The notes under the pieces: generated by a model
Database searches by the model: none
Seen by the model: the letters and a program-made list of their open reading frames with translations, nothing else
What the model was told of the DNA's origin: nothing
Made by a program: the position numbers and the translations under genes
Shown here: piece after piece, positions 50,401 through 62,625 of the stretch
How positions within the stretch are numbered: position 1 is the stretch's first letter
Layout: every line of letters starts with the position of its first letter
DNA from: Podarcis cretensis
Lineage: Eukaryota
Direction of reading: 5' to 3'
NCBI GenBank assembly: GCA_951804945.1
Contig: OX638158.1
Span: 18,848,001 to 18,912,000, forward strand
DNA: 64,000 nt

Positions 50401-50593
50401 TGTGGGCTTTTAAGGTCTGTACTCCTCTATACCAACAACAACAACCCTTGCATATGGAAAACTAGATTTCATGGAGAAAGGTTCTCACCTAGTTCTGCTG
50501 GTTTACTAATTGCAGCAGATTAGGTTTTTGTGTTTGCAGGATGGGGTGGGATGGGGGAGGCTATTGCAATTATCACCTATTATCATTCTCTTT

Positions 50594-50956
50594 AAAGGTA
50601 AAGGTACCCCTGCCTGTACGGGCCAGTCGTGTCCAACTCTAGGGTTGTGCACCCATCTCACTTAAGAGGCCGGGGGCCAGTGCTGTTCGGAGACACTTCC
50701 GGGTCATGTGGCCAGCATGACAAAGCTGCTCTGGCGAGCCAGCACCAGCGCAGCACACGGAAACGCCGTTTACCTTCCCGTTATAAAGCGGTACCTATTT
50801 ATCTACTTGCACTTAGGGGTGCTTTTGAACTGCTAGGTGGGCAAGAGCTGGGACCGAAAGACGGGAGCTCACCCCGCCGTGGGGATTCGAACCGCCGACC
50901 ATACGATCAGCAAGTCCTAAGCACTGAGGTTTTACCCACAGCGCCACCCGCATCCC
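50594..50956 (-). mobile_element. Sauria SINE (first of tandem pair)
   Basis: Full-length head-to-tail match to the other copies. Confidence 0.92.
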
Positions 50957-50970
50957 ACATCATTCTCTGT

Positions 50971-51341
50971 AAAGTAAAGGTAAAGGTACCCCTGCCCGTA
51001 CGGGCCAGTCTTGACAGACTCTGGGGTTGTGCACCCATCTCACTTAAGAGGCCAGGGGCCAGCGCTGTCCGGAGACACTTCCGGGTCACGTGGCCAGCGT
51101 GACATCGCTGCTCTGGCCAGAGCCAGAGCCAGAGCCGCGCACGGAAACGCCGTTTACCTTCCCGCTGGTAAGCGGTCCCTATTTATCTACTTGCACCCGG
51201 AGGTGCTTTCGAACTGCAAGGTTGGCAGGCGCTGGGACCGAGCAGCGGGAGCGCACCCCGCCGCAGGGATTCGAACCGCCGACCTTTCGATCGGCAAGCC
51301 CTAGGCGCTGAGGCTTTAACCCACAGCGCCACCTGCGTCCC
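50971..51341 (-). mobile_element. Sauria SINE (second of tandem pair, young subfamily)
   Basis: Full-length; TSD ATCATTCTCTGTA at 50959-50971 and 51344-51356. Confidence 0.92.
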
Positions 51342-53010
51342 GTATCATTCTCTGTACTCTGATGCAAATATACAGCTGCTCACCTCCCCAGTTAGGTTTT
51401 TCTAAGGCATCCTCCCTACACACTTCTGCCTTAACAAAAAATGTCTCTGGCCCATTTTCAACCAGTCTAGCCAATCTGTGGATATGAGAAAAGAATGAAG
51501 TAATGTTCCAGAATTTCCCCTGAACTTCCTAATGCTGTATTTCAGAACCAATGACAATAGTTTTAAGGAAATATTTGATTCTTCTTTTGGCTTATGACTT
51601 GCACTTGCTACATTGTTGCCAGTCAATGGTAACAAGATAACTTGCAGAATGCAATATGACCCTCGTCATTGGGATGGTGAAAACCAGCTCTCAGCACACA
51701 AGGAAGTGTACAAATCAAACGGTCTTCCAGCAACAGACATAATTCTTTCGAAATGTCACCTCTTGGTGACTTGACCATATCAAAAAATAACACAAGAATT
51801 GGGTCTGACTGCAATAAAAGTTTTAAGCCAGGAAGGAGTCCAACTTGGCAGAAAGTCCCTGTGCTGTGAATTGCATTAGCAGCAACACAAAACAAATGTG
51901 CTCACAAAAACAAGGGGAGAGGGCAAGAACAAGGGATATTTAATGTTAAAAGAGAAACTGTACATCTAGGTCAGAGGCAAGGGGGATGAAAAAGCCCTTG
52001 TGACACCCATGACCATCTGAGTCCACGTAGAGACTGAGGTGCTGTGTTTGTCGAATCCTTTGTCTTGAATCATGTCTGTTTTTCTCTCAAGTCCAGAGAC
52101 ACGCCGAATAAGCCCCTTTCCCAAAACAATCCAAGTAGTCCCAAGAGATCAGTCACCAGCTGTCATGTATCCTGAGGTTAGATCAATACACCACACAATT
52201 CTTTTTCCACAGAAGAGAAAATCCACCAACCAGCAAAGCCACTTCTGACAGTTTTGCCTTTCCAAAGCTTCTGCAGAGCCCCCTCCATTTTCGCTGCCGC
52301 CCTTCTTCATTCCACAAAATGCAGGAGAATCAGATGCCGGAGTTTCTGTCAGGATATACAGGGGTAAAGCAGCACTTCTAGGTCAAAGGTAATGTTTTCC
52401 TTCCCCCGCTTGATGCAGGGGGACCATCTGCCATTGTGCAACAGTCTGTCTTCAATCCAAACATCAACCACAGCAGGCATGGACACTGCCTTTTGAATCA
52501 TTCTTCCCATATCTAAAACAGGTAATTTGCCTTGTAGTTTGGAATCCCACAGTGTGTTTTGACAAGAAGCAGAAAATGACACACAGTCCTTTTGGAAATC
52601 GACCTGAGCGTGGAGGGCACTCCTTTGGCTGTGTCAAAAAAGGCACAGAACACACCCAAGGTGAATGGGAACATATCCCATCCTCCGACTTTTGTGATAA
52701 AGGAGCTGTAGGTAGATCCTTTTCAAGGACCCTCAAGAATCCCTTTTATCCTGGATGCATTGTGTCACGGTTGGGAGGGAACCAGCAAACAAATACCTCC
52801 CCCCTCCCGCCCTGCTTTGCTCCCCTATTAAATAACAAAGGAGCAGCCCAACCATTTAGCTGTTCTAATGGAAACATTTTAGATATTTAAAAGTCTCTTA
52901 AATAAATGTCTTTAATTATTATCGTCATCACCATCTATTTATTTATACAAATATATAAAATAGATTTATATAGATTTATATAATATAGATTTGTAGCTCT
53001 TGTGGGCCCT

Positions 53011-53469
53011 TCATTTACAGACGTACTGATCGACAATCTCTGTGCACTTTTTACACTTGACGTAACAGCACCAGTGAAACTTGCAGTGGCAACGCTCGAC
53101 CTGCACACTCTTGAACTGGTCGTAGCCTCGGCCACAGCACATCAGCTCACAGCCGTCCATACCCTCTGAGGTCTTATTACAGAGCCGGCCCTTGGTGCCC
53201 AGGGATCCCGTGGTTTCGTTGCGCAGGCAGTAATCGGGGCTGGGGTCGATGTACACCAAGTCCTCTGGAGTAGGCGAATTGAAGCGGTTGTTCACTAGCT
53301 CCAGCTTGCCCTTGCGGCTGATCCTCATGGCGGCGGCGCTGTCGTACTTCTCCTTCAGGAGGTCTCCCACTTTGCGGAAGTCAGCCAGCTGCAGCCAACA
53401 GGTCTTGAGGCTGCAGGAACCTGAGACACCATGGCACTTACAGGAGACATCAGCCAACTTGTACACTGC
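53011..53469 (-). CDS. WNT5B: WNT5B last coding exon, 459 nt
   Basis: [36 protein letters not shown]...[17 protein letters not shown]. Lipidated Ser motif CHGVSGSC intact. Synteny with ADIPOR2 supports 5B over 5A. Confidence 0.96.
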   Translation of the reverse strand, partial: AVYKLADVSCKCHGVSGSCSLKTCWLQLADFRKVGDLLKEKYDSAAAMRISRKGKLELVNNRFNSPTPEDLVYIDPSPDYCLRNETTGSLGTKGRLCNKTSEGMDGCELMCCGRGYDQFKSVQVERCHCKFHWCCYVKCKKCTEIVDQYVCK

Positions 53470-54458
53470 CTACGGACGGAAGAAGGTAAGGTGGGGTCAG
53501 ACAAAGTGTTCAAGCAGCACTAAAATCTGGCACAACATAAGCAGTAACTGGTGCAACCTTATGCACAGAAGCAAGCCTCATTGGGCTTACATCATCATTA
53601 AATATTATTTTCTTATACTGCGCCCATTCTCACAGCAGTCCAGTAAGGTAGGTTGATATAATGAACATCACAGCTATATGGGTATTTGAACCTGCATCTT
53701 CCTAAACCTAATCTAACACTTTAAAGCATGGTGGCTTCCTGTCCATTTTCTGTTACCTGGAAGAGTGTATCCAAGTCTTATCAGAGCAACTTACAAGAAA
53801 TGCTCAGACCCCAAGATCACCTATGGAAATTGTACTCATAGATCCACCTGTAAGATCAATTGGGTTGGCAGGTACCTGAGACAGGGCCTTTTCATTGCTG
53901 GCCCTCCCAAGGACTGTTGTGTGTGCACATCTCCCCCAATACAGACCTTCAAACAGGCTCTGAAGGTCCATTTATTTCAAGTTACTTTCTCTTAAAGGTT
54001 TTTTTGGTGCACCCACCCAACTGAACCCCAAATTGCTTTAAAGTGTTTTAGCTAATTTTAATGGCATGGTGCTGGTCTTGCTACTAGATTATGTTGCCGT
54101 GTAAAAAGGTTATTCAATGTAATGGTGAGATTGTATTATATGATTATGTGCATTATATTTTTATATTCCTTGTAAGCAGCATTGTAAGGGCTTTAAACTG
54201 CCCACATGTTGTTGTTGTTTTTCTCGGATGGATGTTTGTCAGATAATGGATGCAACTCCCACTCGGAGTAAAACAGCAGGGAACAAACAATGGGATTGTG
54301 TGTGGGTGAGGGAACATACTTTTACAGGAAGTTGGCACAACCCAAGTTGCATCATGCGACCTTTATGTCTAGTTTAGCCAGGGTGGTGTTGGGAGAGATA
54401 GAATATACACCACAAGCCAACAAGCACATGAATGCAGCAACTATGTATTTGCATCTTG

Positions 54459-54477
54459 TTCGCCACCTGGTGGTCAG
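54459..54477 (-). promoter_or_regulatory. CTCF core motif (reverse) next to an octamer
   Basis: Minus strand TGACCACCAGGTGGCGA (13/14 core match); ATTTGCAT at 54447-54454. Confidence 0.55.
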
Positions 54478-55449
54478 TCACTTGTCAACTCCCATTTTCC
54501 CATTACTGAATTCCTTTTTTCTAGCTTTGAAAAGCTGGTAACGAGTATAACAGTCCATGAATTTTGTAACAGTGTCTACAGAATGTCGTGTGAGTTGCTG
54601 TTAAGACAAGGTTCAGAACTGAGTGCAAGCACGTTGACTGAAACTTGTTTTCCAATATCTGAAAATGCCTGTCACAAGTTGGATGCCTCTGAAACTGAAG
54701 TCTGCTGTGGAAAATGTGGACTTCAGAGCCAATGATCTAAACAAGGAGAGATTTCCCCCACTGTATATTCTTCATCGTTATATTTTTAGTGTAAGGATTT
54801 TTTAATATAATAAAAAACACCATGCATCTAAAAATGTAATTTGTGAGGGAGACAAATAATACATTCGGGAAAATGTACAGATACATTAATCTGAGTCAAT
54901 TCTATCAAGCATACACTGTGCAAACCCAGGTTTTCTGCTATGTAATCTGTACAATGGCCTTGAGATAATTCTGTACATACAAAGCCAACCTGAGAATAAA
55001 GTTAAATCAACTCCTATGAAAAAGTAAACTGACCAAGATAGGAAGTTTCAGTAGATGAAAAATATCCCTATAATAGAAGAGTGATAATGATGCACATGAA
55101 GCTTGAAAAGAGCCACTGGCTTTATCACCTGTGGTGAGTTAAAAATGCCTCCAAGTAATCAGACAAAGATGCCTTGGTCCTTTCCCTCCCAGCTATGAAT
55201 GTGCCACAAATGGTTAAATAATACAGAGGATCCATTAGTAGGCATTTTAGTACTCTGAAGGTACATGGTACAACAACCCTGCTGAAACTAAGGCTGTATA
55301 CACACCGTAGCTTTTAAAGCCCATTTAAAGCACATGCCTTTCCCCAAAGATTTATGGTCAGTGACTAGATGAGAAAACCCCTGGAAATCCTGCGTAGGCT
55401 ACCGTGAGGCACCACCATCGTGAAAGAAAGGTCTGCTATAAACACATTA

Positions 55450-55691
55450 CAGTGGTACCTCGGGTTAAGTACTTAATTTGTTCCAGAGGTCTGTTCTTAA
55501 CCTGAAACTGTTCTTAACCTGAAGCACCACTTTAGCTAATGGGGCCTCCCGCTGCTGCCGCGCTACCGGAGCACGATTTCTGTTCTTAACCTGAAGCAAA
55601 GTTCTTAAATTGAGGTACTACTTCTGGGTTAGCGGAGTCTGTAACCTGAAGCATCTGTAACCTGAATCGTATGTAACCTGAGGTACCACTG
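55450..55691. mobile_element. Tc1/mariner MITE (same family as 12530, opposite orientation)
   Basis: TIR CAGTGGTACCTC, TA TSD; partial copy also at ~50025-50110. Confidence 0.85.
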
Positions 55692-57083
55692 TATACAGTT
55701 TTGTTTGCACCAGTAATTTATGTATACCTAATTGGAAGGCTGATGCGTGAAGCAGCACCTTCAAAGAAATAAAGTACCTGAACCACAGAATTCTTGTTTG
55801 TTTTAATACAACACTCCCCCCCCCCCCGCTCAAACCCTACAAGGCATGTTACAAAATTCAATGTGTCTGCCTGGTGTAAGATCAGAGATGAGAGATTCAT
55901 GGTGAGCTGCTGGATGCTTACTGCTTAATAAAATCTATTAACCTCATGGTAGCCATGCATCTTTTAAAAATCTGTATTTCAACTTTGAGTCTTTATGACA
56001 GGTTTTTAAAACAAAAAAAAAATTGACGTCAATCCAAATGTGAGTGAATACCATGGAGTCTTTAAAAAAAAATTCCCTCAGGAAAGAGGAGAACTCAGCC
56101 AGTATCAGAGACATCCTGAAACAATCTCTCTCTGGCAAAGTTATGATCTGCTCCACTTAACTATGGTGGGATAAGTCCATCACGGAGAGAACCATGATGA
56201 TGGAAACAGTCTTCAAACCAATTTCTAATTATAGGTGAGTGATGCAGATAAAGCACTTGGGGCCCAATCCAAGTGGGTTTGGAACTAATATCTGTGCACA
56301 AAAAAAGAACATCCAAAAGGCTGCACAGCAGCAGAGCACTCTGGCTTTGCAAGCATGGAAAGAGTTCTTTTGCTATATAAAGAAATATTGATAGGCCTTG
56401 GAGATGAGCCTCCTGGCTTAAGAAAGCATTAGAACAACTTTCTTTCCTTTCTAAATATTCTGCTATACTTCTGGATTTTTTTATTTTATGTTGAGTTCAG
56501 TCCAACAACTGTATCAGAGCCAGGAAACCTAAGCATATTCTCCTCCTGCCTTTTTACATTTAGGGTGTCATTTGAGGAAGGTCTCACCATTGCTTTGTCA
56601 TGAAAACAATTTCCAATGCTGTTTTGGTTGCAAAATTAAAACATTCATTTGTAGGCCTAATTTGAGGTGCTGGTTCTCACTTTAAAAGCCTTCAACAGTC
56701 TAGAACCAGCATACAAATCTCCTCGTCCTCCCGCAAAGGACAAATTTCTTGAATGCTCAAGTCAACACTTGAGGTTCTGTTACGTAACCCTTCGCTTTCT
56801 GAAGTTTGGTAGGTTTGGGCACTAGAAACAGGGGCTTTTTGGTTCTAGCACCTTTTTTCGGAATGCTATCCCCAAAGAAGCTTGCCTGCCTCCATCACTA
56901 TTCTGTTTTTACTGCACTGTTAAAATTCATCTTTTCCAGAGAGCCTGGGGGGAATGCAGGAGTTTGGTGGCAATTATGGATTCTGTTTTTCTGTTCATAC
57001 TGCAGTGGTGTCCTTTGTTGTTTGTTATTTCAATGTCCTTTTGTTTATCTTGCTATTAATTAAGCATTGCAAAGAGCCTTCGT

Positions 57084-57106
57084 TAGATAGATAGATGATA
57101 GATAGA

Positions 57107-57138
<32 letters not shown>

Positions 57139-57140
57139 TA
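57084..57140. repeat. (GATA)n(GACA)n microsatellite
   Basis: Direct observation. Confidence 0.95.
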
Positions 57141-59909
57141 CTACTAAGAAAAGTAATTTGATTAATTCATTAACTCAGTGCCTTTAAGCATGTGCAGAAT
57201 GACACTCCCTTGAACTGTACAACCACAAACAGCCCCTGCACATGTGAGATGATTATGAGGAGGTTCTGTAGCAAAAGCCAAGGATGTCACTTTCAGGAAG
57301 GCTTAAGCCCCGGTACCTTTGGGGGGGAGAACTTTAATTAATCGTCATTATCAGGAAAAGAGAAGAAGCCACGCTTCCTTTTTCCCATATAGGAAAATTA
57401 AGGTGTAATCCCATACACCGCCACCACACCCTAACCAACAATAGCATCCTTCAGTACTTAACTGAAAAATGTGTAAGATTTCAGCATTTTTTATTATTAT
57501 AAAAAAGGAAGATAATAATAATTAATGTGCAAATGAAAGAGACTGGGGGGTGGGATAGAAGAGGGGGAATTGGCATCTAAGGAGATCCACCATGCAGGAT
57601 TAGAGGTTAATTTGGGCCTTGCTGCTTCAACAAATGTGAAAGCCTTGCCATATGGCTGCAAATGTTTCTGGAGGGCCTCATCTATTAAAGGATCCCCTCC
57701 CCCCACTTTTATGTTGAGGTCTAGCATATATTTTACTATTGTTCTGTTTCAGAATGAGCTCTCTATATACTCTGAGCATATGGAGTTTTAGGGGCAGGTG
57801 AGTCTGCTAGAACCATAGTATAAAATGAAAGCCACAGCAAAGAGGCAAGTGTGAGGTTTAACTTCCACATGATGCCCAAATATGTGCATTTTTGCAGATG
57901 GCTGCAGGAAAACACACATAAGAATAGCACACAGTTCGCTTACAGTGGAAGGTGGGAAGGTGAGGCTCCCTAGCAGTGACAGTAACCATGCTGTATGACC
58001 AGGCTGAGACTGTGAAAACCATCTCAATGCCAATGTACACTGAATAAGACTTGGCTGGTTGAACCTCAGTCTCAGGTCCAAAGTGAGTGATATTATGGAA
58101 TTTAAAGTTGCTTTCCATGAAGTTTGTGAGATAGAAACCCTAATTCGGCATTCTACTTCCATTATCTAGAGGCCAAACCAGATGTAATGGTGGCAGACTG
58201 TCTCTTTAAATGACAGCCTTCCTCAGTCATGTACAAAAAGCCCATGGGAGCCAATTTTAAGAATAAGCGGATTCTGATCTCTGTCCTAGCTAATTGGACC
58301 TAACGATAATTTTAAACAAGAGCTCCCCCCAAGAGCTGCATGGCAGTCTAATCAATCAAAACATGGCTTGAGAGCCAGATGTGGCATGGAAGCTCTCTTC
58401 TAAAGACAAACAATTGCTATTTATATCAGGCAATCCTAAATTGATTACCTGGATACCAATCTAACTGTGATGAATAGCACTTGCTTCAAAGTGATGCCGG
58501 TACAATTCTGTATGCCTACATTAAAGGGGGATATTTGGCGCTAAGAAAGAAACGGTTTCCTCGTGTATCTTCTTTGCTGAAATGCAGGTAGCTACGAGCT
58601 GGACCATTTGAAGAAAGATTTTGACTGAGCTATGTAAACAATGTGAAGAGTACAAGTTTCCAGAGGAAGCTAAGATGTCTGGACCTGAAACATAGACCAA
58701 CTGGACTCAATCTGCAAGTGGAATTTGTTTAAAATCTGTCCCTCTTCGGCCTCCACCTCAAATTCCTTTCTGATTCTTCCTTTGTAAAGAAGTGGGATGT
58801 AAAGGGAATCAACGGGCTAATTCCTATGTGGTTAATTAGCCAAGCCGCCTCTCAGCCTTGCTTGGCACTGGATGGAGTGGCTGATGATTGAGGTCTACTA
58901 CATGTTGAACGGGTAAACAACGTGGCAGGGCTGCCAAAGGGAGACAGATAAGGAGAGACCAAGTGGAGAAAGAGACAGATGGAAGGAAAGGGCAGGCTAA
59001 GATAACCGTCAAAGACAAACAAACAACAGGCAATAAAGCTAAAAGTTTGGGGCCCTAAAAAATTCAAGAGTGCAGTGGAGCAGCGATGGGGTCAGGACTG
59101 TGTCAAAAACTGAAGCAAATTCAGTTCCACTCCCACCCCCTTATGGCTCTTCCTGAGAACTGAAGTGGGACAGAATTCGTCCTCCATCACTTGAGCTGCA
59201 GACACCAAGGAAAGGGGAAAGGAAGTGCTCAGATGCTCCCTAGTGATCAAGGGTGCCCCATGCAGTAAGACCTGGTCTCCAATCCAGGAAGAACTGAGGG
59301 AGGCAAATTCACTTGTGTAGAGACAATTAAACAGAACACAGCTAGAATCTTTTAAAAAAGAAGAAGCAACATTAATAGCAAAAATGGCACAGGCAGTTAG
59401 TCACTCATCACTAGTGATGTTAATGGGCTAGGTGGAGCGACAGCCTGACAAGTCCATATCTTCATGTGTCATTTGTGCAACTGCATTCCACATATCATTC
59501 ATTATTGCAATTAACGCACTAGCTAGGGTGGGGGTGAAAGAATGCTATCAGCCTGAGAAGTTTGCTCCAAGAAGGTTTTAAACTGAGAAGCAGATTTTAT
59601 ATGTTGTCTTTAAAATGTATTTTTAAAAATAAAATATTACACATGTTCTCAGCCAAATAACTGCACTCGGAAAATGTTGTTTCCTTGCATCAGGAAAACA
59701 TGAATCAGAAGATGAAATTGGACACATGAGCCCTGAAGATATACACAGCCTTCATTCAACAGACCTGGCCCCTCTATTTTCTGAGTTAATTCGTGTCACA
59801 TTTCCAACTCATAAGAGTTTGGGCCCTGTGTTTAGGTCTCCTGATCCAACTGCAGTTATTCACATGTTGACAATTGCATCTCACAACAGAAATTCCCCTT
59901 ACCCCAGGA

Positions 59910-60103
59910 GAAGGAATATAGTTTAGTGGGAGAGCATCTCCTTTACATGCAAAATGTCCCAGGGTCCAACCCCAGCAACTCCAGGTACAGGTATGAGACA
60001 CCCTTGCCTGAATCCCTGGAGACCACTGCCAGTCGGTGAAGACAATACTGGGCTAGATGGAGCCATAGTGTGACTCAATGTATAGCAGCTTCCTATGTTC
60101 CTA
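59910..60103 (+). mobile_element. tRNA-derived SINE with L2-like tail (Squam3-like)
   Basis: Degenerate A/B boxes, then CTGCCAGTC..GACAATACTG..CTAGATGG..GCAGCTTCCTATGTTCCT. Related fragments at ~41025, ~45920, ~49720 and ~7200. Confidence 0.65.
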
Positions 60104-60583
60104 ACAGGTGGCACCTTACCATCTCCATGCCAGGAGAAAAGTTTCATCTGTTGAACTTCTGTTGCCTGCCATGCAGCTGTTAAAGCAGAGGAGGTCTCTC
60201 TTTCACAAAAAGGGGACAACCCTAGCAGTAGAATTGTCAGTGTCCAAGGAACACATTTTTTATTTTATTTTTTGCACATTTTTCTAGGTCCTTTTAGAAG
60301 AGTGGGACATAAATATTTGCCGCTCCTAATCTTACAAATTATTATTAATGATATGCATGCATGACAGGTAGGAATGGTTCCATGATCACTGGAAAAGGTA
60401 GTGTAATAATTAGCATTCAGATGCTTGAACCGTGTGCTTTTGGTTTGTTTACTGACATTTATTATTAGGTTCAGATAAACTGTTGGGTCTTATAAACTGG
60501 TCTCATTGTTAAGAATACAACACACTGGTTACAATCTAAACTTGCCTCTTCCCCAAAGAGAAAGTGCTAAAAAAGGATCTTAC

Positions 60584-60876
60584 TCTGCGGCCGGCCTCGT
60601 TGTTCTGTAGGTTCATGAGTGTGCGGGCCTGCTCCTCGGATCCCTTGGCATAGTTCCTCTCCCTCTCCCTGGCATCCACAAATTCCTTGGCGAAACGGTA
60701 GCCATATTCCACATTGTCCCCGCATCCGCCCCAAAGCCAGTCTCGGGGCAGGTCCTTCGGCCGGGCTGTCCGGCTGCAACCGCAGGTGGAAAGCTCCCCT
60801 TCACGGCAGGCACGGCTGATGGCATTCACCACCCCTGCAGCGCTAACAGCGTAAGTGAATGCGGTCTCTCGGCTAC
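60584..60876 (-). CDS. WNT5B: WNT5B penultimate coding exon, 293 nt
   Basis: (G)[59 protein letters not shown]...NNEAGRR; acceptor gccag|, donor AGA|GTAAGA. Confidence 0.96.
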
Positions 60877-62563
60877 CTGGCGTAGAGAATGGGAAGGTTA
60901 CAAAAATACATAAATCTCAGTTAATAGAGGCTCTGAGGGTCTGGGGATTTATACTGCAACGCAAGCTTCTGCAGTTCTGTATTGCTCACACATTTAATTG
61001 TCCAGGCCATCATCCCTCCATGCAAGTAAGTTCAGTGTGGGAATCACCTACAACAGTACTCAGTTCCAACCCCTTCAGTGCATCTGCAATCATACACAAT
61101 TACCTGGGAGTAAGTCCCACTGTATGCAGTGTATGCACCGTATGTAGTAGGGCTTACTTTTTATTATTATTTATATACTGCCCTGTACCCGTAGGTCTTC
61201 TAAGAAAACATATGTAAGTTCAGAATTTTGTACCAAATGAAGATGAGACTCTGTTCTCTGAAGGAAAATCCCCCCAACTGCTAGGTAAAATAGCTCGATT
61301 TGGGTTCTATTGACTATTTGCATAGCACACCACCCAAAATTAATTTCTACCTTAGCTAATATAAGGACTGTCAAGTTTATTTTGGGGCATCTCTAGACTG
61401 GTGCCTTTTTCTGTTTTGTAGGTGTATTCCGTAACATGCCATTGATAAAATAACAGTAAATTGGTGGTGGATTTATACTGGACTGGCTACAAGTTATTCC
61501 ACTTTCTTAGTTGTTCTGCAATGCTTCTCCAACGTTACCACATGATTGGCGTCTGAAGGGGCACTCTTGTACTAAAGCACAACCACAACAAAACCCTGGA
61601 ACATTTGTGGTATGAAAAGTTACAGGTTTTCAGCAAGAAGCTATGCACCAACTGGAAATGAAGCTGTATGTCTGCCACAAAGCTTTTGCAGTATTGAAAA
61701 TAGGGTTGTGTATAACTGCCCTGATACCATCCTGAGCATAAATAATCATGAATGAGCAATAAAAAGGATGTCTGGAGGGTCCCTTGTTTCGTTTTCCACT
61801 GTGAGAAGAGTGTTGGGATTAGATGCCTTTGGCCCGATTCAGCAGCCTCTTCTCATGCTCTTCTACCAGTTGCTGGGAATCACAAATTAGAAGAGTGTTG
61901 CTGCATTCAAGTCCTGCTTGTGGGCTTCCCACACACACTTGTCTAGCCACAGTAAGAACAGGATGCTTGACTAGATGGGCTTTTGCTCTGATCTGGCAGG
62001 GCTCTTGTTATGTTCTCACTGAGTCCTCTCCCCTCTTTTCAGACAATTCCACAGACAACCTTTATAGATAATGATAAGCCCCACCCTCCATCTTACTCTA
62101 AGACCAGAAGGTTGACCAGGCTCCTTTGGGGCGAAACCACAGGAACTTACAACAACAGATCCATTTGCTTACGTGCATCTGTGAAAATCACACAGAAAGT
62201 AAGCGGGAAGGGATTCGGTCCAGCTTAGTATATATTTTGTCCAGATCCTTCCTCCAGTACGATCTCACAGTACTCTCCTCCCTCTCCCTGTGAGTTAGGT
62301 TAGACTGAAAGATAGGCCAAACTTCATAGCTCAAGGGGTGGGGGGTTGAGCATGGGTCTATCTCTGAATCCACCACTCTAGCCACACTGAAGTCTCCCCC
62401 ACACCAACCCATATATTTACATCCCCCTAGTCCCAATCCCCAGGCTTTTTTTCTGCCCCCCGGGGGTTCTGAAACTAGTGGTGAAAAATGAACCAAGCTT
62501 GTATGCCATAGGAGAGGGTAACAACCAGCTCCCACCCTCATGCAACACTTGCTCCTTCAATCT

Positions 62564-62565
<2 letters not shown>

Positions 62566-62623
<58 letters not shown>
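62566..62623. repeat. (TC)n(CA)n microsatellite
   Basis: Direct observation. Confidence 0.95.

Positions 62624-62625
<2 letters not shown>

Noticed and set aside
50629-51367. Long ORFs (157 aa and others), also repeated at 453-918 and 21935-22327
   Set aside because: Chance frames within Sauria SINEs.
53249-53656. 135-aa plus-strand ORF
   Set aside because: Antisense shadow of the WNT5B coding exon.
55490-55690. Repeated TTCTTAACCTGAA / TGTAACCTGA units resembling a CRISPR array
   Set aside because: Subterminal repeats of a TA-flanked MITE in a vertebrate genome; irregular spacing and no cas genes.
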